Shown here: positions 1 to 9,173 of the stretch, one piece after another | Layout of the letters: every line of letters starts with the position of its first letter | How positions within the stretch are numbered: position 1 is the first letter of the stretch | Program-made: the position numbers and the translations under genes | Notes under the pieces: generated by a model | What the model was told of the DNA's origin: nothing | The model's database searches: none | The model's input: the letters and a program-made list of their open reading frames with translations, nothing else | Source of the DNA: Candidatus Bathyarchaeum sp. | GTDB lineage: Archaea; Thermoproteota; Bathyarchaeia; Bathyarchaeales; Bathyarchaeaceae | Direction of reading: 5' to 3' | Assembly (NCBI GenBank): GCA_026014495.1 | Contig: JAOZIF010000067.1 | Span: forward strand, 1-40,032 | DNA: 40,032 nucleotides

Positions 1-190
1 TTTTGTGCGTATAAGAAAACAAGAAGAAACAATAAGAGAGAAAAGTTAAATTTTAGTCTTTTTCTTTTTTACTATCTATTCCTCTTATCTCTATTTACTC
101 TTCTTCACACAATACACAAAAACCAAATAATATAAACTAAAAAACTCACACACAAACGAGAGAATTCGATTTCAAGAATTTTTCAAGTTA

Positions 191-1909
191 TTATTCTTTT
201 TTTAAATTGGATAATCGAGAAAATGGATCTCTAGGATATCGACGTTTGTGATCTTTGTGCGCACGCTCATCATCATTTTGTTCGGTTTGACTAATATGTT
301 TTGAGAGAAATCCGTTTTTCTGATTAGTTAACATGCGTATCAATAAAAATATAATCAATAGTAAAAGTGCCACTTCTAGTACCATACAAATTGAGAAAAA
401 CAAATTATGATGGGAGAGATTGAAGAATTTATTCAAGTCATCAACAATCCGAATGGTTAAAGCAGTAACGGGTAAAATTTCAACTATTGCCACTGTTAAA
501 TTTATATTGAAAAATTTGTTTATACCAAATAAGAAAACTGCGTAAACCGACAACACAATTATGTTAATTATTTGGTTTGTAGTAAATGTTCTAAGAGGCA
601 AATTATCAAAAACTATTAACCATTCATGTTCTGGAATTTTTGTTGGAGAATTATAGACGAACGATAACGTCTTTCTGTTTTCTTCCGCGTCACGAATTAT
701 ATTTTCATTTGGATTTGAAGTGATAATTTCAACATCTGGCGGAAGAATAAACTTAACCTCAAAATTACCTGTTAAGTCAATTTTCCAAAAGTCTATTTCT
801 GAAAAATTAAATAATAAACCTGTATACCCTCTATATGGTTCCCAAGGTTCAATCTCATATTCTCCTTTAACTGCTATATTTGGAACAATAAAGGTTACTT
901 CAACTTCTAATTTGGCTAATTCGTTTTGATGGCTCTGACGTGGAAAAACCCAAACACACCGATTAACATCATCTTCATAATATTGCCCTAAAAATTCATT
1001 GTCCATTAATGTATATTCTGATAACTTTCCTTCAATTTCTTCACATTCACCTTCACCATCAAAAACTGATTTAACTTTTACTGGAGTTGAATACAAAGGA
1101 AAAGAAATCTTTACAGGAATGTTTATCGTTACATTCCAGATCATAATCTCAACAGGAAGGTTATAAATGAGTTTTATGGTTTCTTCCAAAGATGTATCGT
1201 CACTATAAATTGGAATGTCTGCAGTAATCTCAATTGATGTTATAGTTCGGTCAAGAGAAAAAGGGACAAATATCACTAAACAATTTACAGGTTCACCTTC
1301 AGTAAAGTTCCAATGAAAAGTAGTTTGACGATTATCAGAGTCATTCACTGTTCCATTAAGCCATTCAAAAAACTCATACGCCTTTGGAAGTTTGAAAGTG
1401 ACGGACATAGGGTTAGATAATGTGTTTAGGTTATAATGCCAAACAAAATGATTGATCTCATTATCAAATTCTGCACCTACCACAACAAAATGAAGAGTAA
1501 CCCTATACTCAAAATTAGGAAAAAGGGTTATGTTGTTGATTTCAGGGGTTTCAATCTTTGTTTCATCAATGATGGGAAAGTATTCATTTCCCAGATTGTC
1601 TTTAATCCATACATCAGTTGGTTGGCTGTCTGTATAATGTGCGAGATAACCTTGCACTAGAGTAAGGTTGGTTAATTGTGATGAACAAATAATTGCGGTC
1701 ATTTCATATTCTACACTAAAATTTAAATTAAATATTGAAATCGGTGAGTCTAGTGTCGGTTCATTGAGAGATGCAATTATTTCATACTTCTCAGTTATGG
1801 GTTCAGCTCTGATGATGCTAACATTTGCAGAAAGTACCATTGAGACAATTAGAAATAGAAGCAAAAATTGAGATTTCATCAATAATTTTACAGTATGACG
1901 TAGTTTCAT
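191..1909 (-). CDS. Secreted, membrane-anchored protein of unknown function (signal peptide, beta-rich ectodomain, about 3 C-terminal TM helices)
   Basis: 572-aa ORF with GAGGA RBS upstream of the ATG. N-terminal K-rich plus hydrophobic signal (MKSQFLLLFLIVSMVLSANVSIIRA), many N-x-S/T sequons, hydrophobic C-terminal segments and a basic tail. Confidence 0.8.
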   Translation of the reverse strand: MKLRHTVKLLMKSQFLLLFLIVSMVLSANVSIIRAEPITEKYEIIASLNEPTLDSPISIFNLNFSVEYEMTAIICSSQLTNLTLVQGYLAHYTDSQPTDVWIKDNLGNEYFPIIDETKIETPEINNITLFPNFEYRVTLHFVVVGAEFDNEINHFVWHYNLNTLSNPMSVTFKLPKAYEFFEWLNGTVNDSDNRQTTFHWNFTEGEPVNCLVIFVPFSLDRTITSIEITADIPIYSDDTSLEETIKLIYNLPVEIMIWNVTINIPVKISFPLYSTPVKVKSVFDGEGECEEIEGKLSEYTLMDNEFLGQYYEDDVNRCVWVFPRQSHQNELAKLEVEVTFIVPNIAVKGEYEIEPWEPYRGYTGLLFNFSEIDFWKIDLTGNFEVKFILPPDVEIITSNPNENIIRDAEENRKTLSFVYNSPTKIPEHEWLIVFDNLPLRTFTTNQIINIIVLSVYAVFLFGINKFFNINLTVAIVEILPVTALTIRIVDDLNKFFNLSHHNLFFSICMVLEVALLLLIIFLLIRMLTNQKNGFLSKHISQTEQNDDERAHKDHKRRYPRDPFSRLSNLKKE

Positions 1910-1919
1910 ATTGATGTCC

Positions 1920-2447
1920 TCAACTCATTAAATTGAATAAATTGCTGTTAAGCTTTAGGGCACACGAAATAAAATGTGATGAATCATCAAACGTGTTAAT
2001 TATGTTTAGCAGATATGTCCAAAAGCAGTTAAGCTCAAGGCTTTCTGGTGAAACACCCTGTTCTCAAGTCTCTGTATCGAACTTAAGCTTTTCATGTAAC
2101 GTTCACAGTTTCATGTCCCCACGTTTGCCCAGCATACTTTTGAGTTTGTTTTTGAACACATTAAAGACATCTACGTCTTTTTTCTGAGTCCCAAAATACT
2201 TGGAAAAAATTTTGATATAACATCAAATTAGATGTTGCCCATAATCCAATCCAAAAAAGGCCTTTATCTTCTATGTACCTAAGTTCGTTATCTCTAAGTC
2301 TTGTCTTTTTTGTATATTAACTCTTGGAACATTTACTTTTGTTTGGAAGTATTTTTCAAGCATTTCAAGGAATTCTTTGTTCACTTCTTTATCAAGAAAT
2401 GCTGTTTGCCATTCCTTCCAGCATGAACACCGTCTTTCCAAACAAAA
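1920..2447 (-). pseudogene. Probable degraded gene upstream of the 572-aa membrane protein
   Basis: One minus-strand frame runs about 176 codons of protein-like sequence (KEWQTAFLDKEVNKEFLEMLEKYF...YIKIFSKYFGTQKKDVDVFNVFKNKLKSML...) with only 4 internal stops (TAG 2271-2273; TGA 2223-2225, 2103-2105, 2064-2066). Its final TGA (1920-1922) overlaps the RBS of the next gene. Confidence 0.35.
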
Positions 2448-2647
2448 TCACTCTCATCTAACTTTCGACAATATGAGGAAATGGCCTATGAAATAGCGGC
2501 ATAATTTAATGAAATCACAAACTAATTGCAGAATGAAAACATCAGTTATTGATTTGTGTCTATGTTGTTTTTTGTAATGCTTCTGTGATGGAAATATGGT
2601 TTAATTGTGGTTGTTTTGTTGTTTGGTTTTCGGTAGTTGGTGTGGTT

Positions 2648-2995
2648 ATGGTTGGTGGAAAGGTGGAGGCTAGGTCGGCTAATGCTCGTAATGTTATTTT
2701 GAAGTATGATGATAAGCTGTATCATGTTGATAAGGTGAATGTTCAGTATTCTGAAGAAAAACAAAAGTACAGTGCGGTTTTTCGGGCAAAAAGAGTTGGG
2801 AGCAGGCAGTTGCTTAATTTGGATTTTGAGATTTCTCAGAAGCTGTATGATGTGCTGGTAGATTATACGAAGCTTGATGATTCTGACCTTTTGCTTGTGT
2901 TGTATGTTGAGGATGGCAAGTTTAAGTGGTCTTTTGTGAGTGATAGTTGGGTGCAGCAGCAAACTAGGAGCAAGGCTAGCTGGTATGTGGTTTAG
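2648..2995 (+). CDS. Hypothetical beta-rich cytoplasmic protein (about 115 aa)
   Basis: ORF track gives 2549..2995. The ATG at 2648 follows a GGTG-like RBS and the sequence upstream is low-complexity G/T. The downstream sequence is protein-like; the antisense ORF 2546..2962 is not. Confidence 0.65.
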   Translation: MVGGKVEARSANARNVILKYDDKLYHVDKVNVQYSEEKQKYSAVFRAKRVGSRQLLNLDFEISQKLYDVLVDYTKLDDSDLLLVLYVEDGKFKWSFVSDSWVQQQTRSKASWYVV

Positions 2996-3168
2996 TTTTG
3001 TTTTAAACTTGATTGTTGTTAGGGTTTTTTGGTAGCGTTCAGTAATCTGGTATATTAAGACATAATATTTTTATCCTTTGAACACCCCTAATCGAATTCG
3101 GGTGGAAACGTAATGAACAGACTAACACAAAACACCACAAACCAACAAGGGTTTGGAGCGAAATAACA

Positions 3169-3537
3169 ATGGCAGGAGTTCTAATAGCAGACGACGCCTC
3201 ATTCATGAGAAACGTCCTAAAAAGAATCGTCCTGCAATCAGGACACGAAGTAATCGCCGAAGCAGGATCTGGAGACGAAGCAATACTACTATACCGACAA
3301 CACAAACCAGACCTTGTTTTAATGGACATCGTAATGCCTGCAGGAGAAATGGCGAAAGACGGAATTGAAGCACTCAAAAAAATCATGTCAGAAGACGCAT
3401 CCGCAAAGTGCGTAATGTGCAGCTCAATGGGACAACAAAGCCTAATTGTTGAAGCCCTAAAATCTGGAGCAAAAGATTTCGTCACAAAACCGTTCAAACC
3501 CCAAAAAGTCTTAGAAGTTCTGTCCAAGTATTGCTGA
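3169..3537 (+). CDS. cheY: Chemotaxis response regulator CheY
   Basis: Single receiver domain: LIADD, DLVLMDIVMP (phosphoacceptor Asp), CSS, GAKDFVTKPF; first gene of the che cluster. Confidence 0.95.
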   Translation: MAGVLIADDASFMRNVLKRIVLQSGHEVIAEAGSGDEAILLYRQHKPDLVLMDIVMPAGEMAKDGIEALKKIMSEDASAKCVMCSSMGQQSLIVEALKSGAKDFVTKPFKPQKVLEVLSKYC

Positions 3538-3658
3538 GGACCTCCTTTTGTGGACCCAACTTTGCCAACTGCTGTTTCCAATCAACACGCTAGGCGCTAA
3601 CTGGAACAAACCACCGACCATAGATTCTCTCACAGCAAAGCCGCCACTCACAGCTCAG

Positions 3659-4177
3659 GTGTCATTACCTTCAAGCGTCCAAAGACTTGACGATTCAGCA
3701 ATAACAGAGGTACGAGTTGACATGGCAGACATGAAAGTGGAAAGCAGACCAGTCACGTTAGTAACAAACGTTGGCTCTTGTGTCGCAATTTGCATCCACG
3801 ACCCAATAAACAAATGCGGCGGATTAGCTCACATCATGCTGCCCAGCTCAAAGATAACTCAACACAGCTATCTGCCTTCCAAATACGCTGACACAGCAGT
3901 GCCAGCCCTAACCAGCGCCATCCGAAGAGCAGAAAAAAGCAATTGTGGCTTAACCGCCAAAATCGCGGGTGGCGCAAACATGTTTCCAAAACTTAACTCC
4001 AGCACACTAAACATTGGCATGAAAAACGTTGAAGCAGTAAAAGAAGCCCTAGCAAACAAGGGAATCAAACTGGTAGCCGAAGACGTCAGGGGAACTTACG
4101 GCAGAAGAGTGGCATTCAACATCGCTGATGGCTCAGTGTGTGTAAAAAACGGAAATGGAGAGATTAAAAAAATATGA
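3659..4177 (+). CDS. cheD: Chemoreceptor glutamine deamidase CheD (start uncertain; ORF open from 3548)
   Basis: NVGSCVAICIHD (catalytic Cys), GGLAHIMLP (His), KYADTA, AKIAGGANMF, IGMKN, LVAEDVRGTYGR. The in-frame GTG at 3659 gives a typical length. Confidence 0.93.
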   Translation: MSLPSSVQRLDDSAITEVRVDMADMKVESRPVTLVTNVGSCVAICIHDPINKCGGLAHIMLPSSKITQHSYLPSKYADTAVPALTSAIRRAEKSNCGLTAKIAGGANMFPKLNSSTLNIGMKNVEAVKEALANKGIKLVAEDVRGTYGRRVAFNIADGSVCVKNGNGEIKKI

Positions 4178-4800
4178 CCGAAAGCATAACACAAAACAAA
4201 GATACCAACAACAGTATAGATTTGGAAATCTTTTTAGAACTAGGAAGCATAGGTGCAGGAAACGCAGCTACATCACTATCCGAAATCTTTCAAGAACAAA
4301 TTTCAATACAAGTCCCAAAAATCCACACCTTACCGCCACATCTAGTTCCAAAATTCTACGAAAAACATGACGTACCCACAACAGCAATATACATGCAACT
4401 AACAGGCGAAGCCGACTGCGACATCTTACTAATGTTCGAAGTAAAAGAGGCAAAAAAAATCGCAGCAATGATGACTATGATTCCCGTGGAAGAACTAGAC
4501 CCAGAAATGGAAGCATCAGCAATAGAAGAGCTGGGAAACATTGTAATTGGCTCATTCTTAACTGCATTATCCGACTTCACTAACGTAAATCTGCTCCCTA
4601 CGCCCCCTCAACGAACAACTGATTCCTTCGACGCGATACTTGACAGCTTCCTGATAAAACAGCTACTTGATTCAGACATGGCAATAATCTTTGACACATA
4701 CTTCAAACGTTCTGACGGCAACATAAGCGGAATTCTAATGCTGTTCCCAAGCAGAAAACTACAGTCCGTATTAACTGAAAAAGCAAAAAACTGGGTGTAA
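4174..4800 (+). CDS. cheC: CheC-family phosphatase, copy 1
   Basis: Two pseudo-repeated CheC sites: LELGSIGAGNAATSLS (Asn replaced by Ser) and SAIEELGNIVIGSFLTAL...P. Confidence 0.92.
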   Translation: MTESITQNKDTNNSIDLEIFLELGSIGAGNAATSLSEIFQEQISIQVPKIHTLPPHLVPKFYEKHDVPTTAIYMQLTGEADCDILLMFEVKEAKKIAAMMTMIPVEELDPEMEASAIEELGNIVIGSFLTALSDFTNVNLLPTPPQRTTDSFDAILDSFLIKQLLDSDMAIIFDTYFKRSDGNISGILMLFPSRKLQSVLTEKAKNWV

Positions 4801-4804
4801 AAAA

Positions 4805-5461
4805 ATGACGCAAACAATTAACGAAAGCGAATACCCAAAAAGAATACAAGACACCAACAACGGTGAAAACCAGCTAGACATTGAAATACTAATAGAACTA
4901 GGAAACATAGGAGCAGGAAAAGCAACCACAGCTCTTTCAGAAGTAGTTAACGAAAAAATACAGGTAGAAGTACCTAGACTGCACATTTCCCCGCCACATC
5001 TGGTGCCAAAAATTTTTGAAAAACATGACGACATCATGGCAGTTATCTACATGCAACTAAGAGGCGAAGCCGACTGCGACATCTTACTGCTCTTTGAAGT
5101 TGAAGAAGCAAAAAAAATCGCAGCAATGATGGCAATGGTTCCCCTAGAAGAACTAGACCCAGAAACCGAAACATCCGCAATAGAAGAACTAGGAAACATC
5201 ATGATTGGCGGCTTTCTTAGCGCAATCGCAGACTTTACAGACACAAACATGGTCCCACGACCCCCTCAACTAGTCAAAGGCTCATTCGATGCAGTCCTAG
5301 ACACGTTTCTTGTAAAGCAAGCATTAACATCTGAAGTTGCCTTAGTGTTTGACGGCTCTTTCAGACGAAGCAGCAGCGAAGCAAAAGGAATCATAGTAGT
5401 ATTCCCTAGCGTGGAACTACAAAAAATACTGATTAACAAAAGTCGAGAATGGCTAACATAA
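4805..5461 (+). CDS. cheC: CheC-family phosphatase, copy 2
   Basis: IELGNIGAGKATTALS and SAIEELGNIMIGGFLSAI; close paralog of the upstream gene (shared GEADCDILL, KKIAAMM). Confidence 0.92.
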   Translation: MTQTINESEYPKRIQDTNNGENQLDIEILIELGNIGAGKATTALSEVVNEKIQVEVPRLHISPPHLVPKIFEKHDDIMAVIYMQLRGEADCDILLLFEVEEAKKIAAMMAMVPLEELDPETETSAIEELGNIMIGGFLSAIADFTDTNMVPRPPQLVKGSFDAVLDTFLVKQALTSEVALVFDGSFRRSSSEAKGIIVVFPSVELQKILINKSREWLT

Positions 5462-5579
5462 AACCTACGACAATAAAATCAAAGCACATTTTGTTTGAAA
5501 AAGACTGCAACAAATATTGCCGATACTAAGTGACGATTCATAAGTGCTATCTTTCGCTGGCGACCTTGATTGACGAAGT

Positions 5580-6422
5580 GTGGGTGAAACAGCAGTGGAA
5601 CAAACAGTTTGTAGCGAAAATTTCGATGACGATACTGACTTTAAGAAACTCAAAAAAGTAATGCACAAAGGCACAGGAGTAAACGTTGAGTATTACCGTG
5701 AAGCTTACCTGAAAAGACGACTCAAAGTTAGGCTAATGGTAACAAAGACAAACACATATTCTGAGTATATCCAATACTTAAAAGCAAACCCAGATGAATT
5801 CAGCAGCCTAGTTAACGACCTCACCATAAACTACACCAAATTCTTCAGAGACCCAGACGTTTACGTGTTTTTAAAAGAAAAACTTCTTCCAGAATTGATT
5901 TTATCCCCCAAGAAGTGGGTTAGAATCTGGAGTGCTGGATGCGCCACAGGCGAAGAACCATACTCATTAGCGATGCTAACACAAGAAGTACTAAAACAAT
6001 CACCAAAACAGTGCCAAGTAACCATCTATGCTTCGGATCTTGACAAAACGGCTTTAGCAAAAGCTAGCAGTGGAACATATAACCGACGCGCAGTTCAGGG
6101 CATTGATGAAGAGCTGCTTAGTAAATACTTTGAACTGGATGGCGAGTTGTATAAAGTGAAACCGTTTGTCAAAAAACCCATCCATTTTGAGGATCAGGAT
6201 TTGATGACTCCACCGATAAGACGAAACCTGGATTTGATTTTGTGCAGAAATGTTATGATATATTTTTCAAGAGATATTCAGCAACAAATTTACACTAACT
6301 TTTATGACTCGTTACGGACTGGGGGCTATTTGATAACGGGTAAAACAGAGTTTGTGGCTGGCGAGGCAAACAACAAATTTGTTGACGTAAATCCTGCGTG
6401 TCGGGTTTACAAAAAGGCATAA
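5580..6422 (+). CDS. cheR: Chemotaxis methyltransferase CheR
   Basis: LTINYTKFFRD, RIWSAGCATGEEPYSLAM, IYASDLD, LDLILCRNVMIYF, GGYLITGKTE. Confidence 0.96.
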   Translation: MGETAVEQTVCSENFDDDTDFKKLKKVMHKGTGVNVEYYREAYLKRRLKVRLMVTKTNTYSEYIQYLKANPDEFSSLVNDLTINYTKFFRDPDVYVFLKEKLLPELILSPKKWVRIWSAGCATGEEPYSLAMLTQEVLKQSPKQCQVTIYASDLDKTALAKASSGTYNRRAVQGIDEELLSKYFELDGELYKVKPFVKKPIHFEDQDLMTPPIRRNLDLILCRNVMIYFSRDIQQQIYTNFYDSLRTGGYLITGKTEFVAGEANNKFVDVNPACRVYKKA

Positions 6423-6433
6423 CAAATATTATG

Positions 6434-6455
6434 GCTAAAATAAGCTTGTTTTAGC
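6434..6455. terminator. Near-perfect palindrome after cheR (terminator or operator)
   Basis: gctaaaataagcttgttttagc, followed by a second inverted repeat ttttttct-ttcatt-agaaaaaa at 6479-6500. Confidence 0.4.
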
Positions 6456-6581
6456 AAACGATACAGCTTACAGCAATGGTTTTTTCTTTCATTAGAAAAA
6501 AGATTGCACATTTTTTGGAGTTTAATTTCTCCCGTATAAGTTATTCGTCATCAACTGTCCAACTGTGCGTACGAATACCAG

Positions 6582-6603
6582 ATGTACATAATCTAATAAC
6601 TTT
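6582..6603 (+). promoter_or_regulatory. Conserved upstream motif of receptor 1
   Basis: atgtacataatctaataacttt; the 13-bp core acataatctaata (6586-6598) is identical upstream of receptor 2. Confidence 0.55.
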
Positions 6604-6647
6604 TCGAGGCTTTTTGTTATAAAAATACGAAATGGAGAGAAAAGTTA

Positions 6648-8411
6648 ATGGCGAAAGCAACACAAACCGAAGAAAAAAACCTTGACTACCTTCAATACCT
6701 TGAAGGCGTACAAACACCGGTATTAGCAATCAACAAAGACTATGACCTAGTCTACGTCAACTCTGCTGGTGGAAAACTAGTAAACAAAACTAGTGACAAA
6801 CTTGTTGGGAAAAAATGTTACGAAGTATTCAACACCACAGACTGCAGAACAAGCAGGTGCGCTAGTGCCATTGCCATGAAAACCAAGAAACCATCATCTT
6901 CTGAAACAATATCTAACGGAACATTAAATGTAGAGTATACGTCTTCACCGATTTTTGACAACTCAGGCAAAGTCATTGGTGCAGTAGAATATGTTGTAGA
7001 CACAACAGAGCTGAAAGCCGAGATGGCTAAAAGTGCACAACAAGTACAATATCTTCAAGGCGTACAGACCCCAGTCATGGCTATTGACCGTGACTTCAAC
7101 GTTGTTTTCATGAATGAGTATGGCGCCAACCTGCTGGGAACAACCACTGACAAAATTGCGGGCAAAAAATGCTATGACCTATTCAAAACAACTGACTGCA
7201 ATACACCCAAATGTGCATGTGCAGTTGCAATGAAAACAAAGTCGCCCGCAACCTCTGAAACCGTATCTAATGGCAAAATGCACATCCAGTATACTGGTTC
7301 ACCGTTGACTGATGAGGATGGCAAAATTGTCGGCGCACTAGAATTTGTCGCGGACATAACCAAAATCAAAGAGATGATGGCCACCATAGAAAATGTTGTT
7401 AAAGCTAGCACCGAAGTGTCTGAGACCGTTGAAAATCTTTCAGATCAGGTGCTAAAGTCAGCAGAGAACATAGGAGCTATGGGAGTCCAAGCTGCACAGG
7501 CAACTGACAGGCTAAGCAGCAGCATGCAACAAGTTCAAGCAGCATCACAAAACGTCTCTGATGGAGCGCAGAACCTTTCAAAACTTGGGCAGAACTTGGC
7601 TAAAAGCGCAGAAGAAACAATGAAAATAGTAAGAGAGGTCAATAATAACGCAACCGAAGTAAACAAGGTTACAAGCGACTCCAACAACTTAGCAACCCGA
7701 ATGGGCGAAGACGCAAACAAGGCACTTGAATCGCTAGAAGACATCAAAAGAGCATCTATTGATGTTAACGAGTCAATTACCCATTCAAACTCCGCAGTAA
7801 AGAAAATTGGTGGATTAACAAATGACATCTCCGACATTGCGGGACAAGTTAACATGCTTGCATTAAACGCAGCAATTGAAGCAGCCAGAGCAGGAGAAGC
7901 AGGACGCGGTTTTGCAGTTGTAGCTGATGCAGTCAAACAACTTGCAGGTCAAACTGGAGAGACGACAAAGAATGTTATTGACACCGTTGATGGAGTAACA
8001 AGCAGCGGAAACCAAGCAGCCTCAAGCATGAACAACGCAAACAAAGCAGTAGAGAAAGGTGGAGAACTCGTCGGAAAAGCAGTTAAAGAAGCCCAGCAAG
8101 TTGTAGGTTCAATGGGAAAAATCATTGGAATAACAGACAATCTAGGCAAAAACGTTGACAACGCTGTGCAACGTCTTGAGGACATAAACAGCAACATCCA
8201 ACAGGTGGCAAGCATCGCAGAGGAATCAGCATCCGCATCAGAAGAAACATCGGCAAGCATAGAGGAGCAAACTGCATCCACAGAAGAGGTGGCAGTTGCA
8301 GCAAAGAAGATTCAAGAAGAAGGCTCCAACGCAATAAAGCTCTCACAAGAAATTGTAGGCGCAGTCAAGAAGCTCAGAGAAGAACTTGGTAAAGTAGATT
8401 TGTCAAAGTAA
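6648..8411 (+). CDS. Soluble methyl-accepting chemotaxis protein with two Cys-rich PAS domains
   Basis: No TM segment; two PAS repeats (YLxGVQTPVxAI...GKKCY...GAxEYV); signalling hairpin [25 protein letters not shown]; methylation heptads [20 protein letters not shown]. Confidence 0.95.
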   Translation: MAKATQTEEKNLDYLQYLEGVQTPVLAINKDYDLVYVNSAGGKLVNKTSDKLVGKKCYEVFNTTDCRTSRCASAIAMKTKKPSSSETISNGTLNVEYTSSPIFDNSGKVIGAVEYVVDTTELKAEMAKSAQQVQYLQGVQTPVMAIDRDFNVVFMNEYGANLLGTTTDKIAGKKCYDLFKTTDCNTPKCACAVAMKTKSPATSETVSNGKMHIQYTGSPLTDEDGKIVGALEFVADITKIKEMMATIENVVKASTEVSETVENLSDQVLKSAENIGAMGVQAAQATDRLSSSMQQVQAASQNVSDGAQNLSKLGQNLAKSAEETMKIVREVNNNATEVNKVTSDSNNLATRMGEDANKALESLEDIKRASIDVNESITHSNSAVKKIGGLTNDISDIAGQVNMLALNAAIEAARAGEAGRGFAVVADAVKQLAGQTGETTKNVIDTVDGVTSSGNQAASSMNNANKAVEKGGELVGKAVKEAQQVVGSMGKIIGITDNLGKNVDNAVQRLEDINSNIQQVASIAEESASASEETSASIEEQTASTEEVAVAAKKIQEEGSNAIKLSQEIVGAVKKLREELGKVDLSK

Positions 8412-8427
8412 AACAAGGGGATTACCT

Positions 8428-8928
8428 ATGACACAAATTGATGACCAGCAGATAGTTAAATTCACTATCGGTGAAGTGAACTACGGCGTACCAGTAGAGC
8501 AGGTCAGGGAAGTCAGGGACATGCAAGCCGTGACCCCTGTCCCAGGAGCCCCTACCTATGTTGAAGGCGTAACAAACCTCAGAGGGCAGATAATAACTGT
8601 GATGGACCTACGGAAACGTTTGAACATAGAGGAAAGAAAAGGAAGCGGTGCAAAAATCATTGTCATTGAAATGGGTAAAGCAGCCGTTGGTGTTGTAGTT
8701 GACACAGTAACAGAGGTTTCAACAATTGCTGAAGCAGACATAGAACGTGACATCCGAGTTACTAACAGATTAGAAAAATATGTAGAAGGTGTTGGAAAAC
8801 AAGCAGAAAAGCTCATAGTAGTTCTGAATCTAGCAAAAATAATCTCGGACATCAAAGAAGACTTGCCTGAACATGAAAAAGCTGCAACCAAGATACCAGT
8901 GACAGTTGAGCAGGTGCCCATTGCATAA
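8428..8928 (+). CDS. cheW: Chemotaxis coupling protein CheW, copy 1
   Basis: YGVPVEQVREV, TPVPGAPTYVEGVTNLRGQIITVMDL, VGVVVDTVTEV. Confidence 0.95.
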   Translation: MTQIDDQQIVKFTIGEVNYGVPVEQVREVRDMQAVTPVPGAPTYVEGVTNLRGQIITVMDLRKRLNIEERKGSGAKIIVIEMGKAAVGVVVDTVTEVSTIAEADIERDIRVTNRLEKYVEGVGKQAEKLIVVLNLAKIISDIKEDLPEHEKAATKIPVTVEQVPIA

Positions 8929-8929
8929 T

Positions 8930-8961
8930 GAGAAAAAATCCGCACGGAACTTTTTTTTCTC
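8930..8961 (+). terminator. Hairpin plus T8 tract after cheW1
   Basis: gagaaaaaa-tcc-gcac-gga-ac-ttttttttctc directly after the stop codon. Confidence 0.55.
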
Positions 8962-9101
8962 TCCCAATTTTTGTGTTCTTTAAAGTTTAAGTTGTAAATG
9001 CTTAATGGTTTTAGAAAAATGATTTCGGTTCATGTTTGACATAGAATGCGAGTTTACGAAATGCGGTGATATAGATTCAAAGTTGTATGTCATATTGTGT
9101 T

Positions 9102-9123
9102 ATGCACATAATCTAATAGTTTT
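9102..9123 (+). promoter_or_regulatory. Conserved upstream motif of receptor 2
   Basis: atgcacataatctaatagtttt; core 9106-9118 is identical to 6586-6598 and at a similar distance from the start codon (68 vs 62 nt). Confidence 0.55.
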
Positions 9124-9173
9124 TTCTTGGCTCTTTTTGCTGTATTGGGGTATAAGGAGGCAAAAAACGAGCT

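Noticed and set aside
1-190. Purine run followed by pyrimidine run as a structured element
   Set aside because: Low complexity with only loose complementarity; consistent with an ordinary terminator region.
1920-2447. Selenocysteine or pyrrolysine recoding of the interrupted frame
   Set aside because: Mixed TGA and TAG stops, no redox-motif context, no SECIS or sel/pyl genes in the window, and all other genes use TGA and TAG as normal stops.
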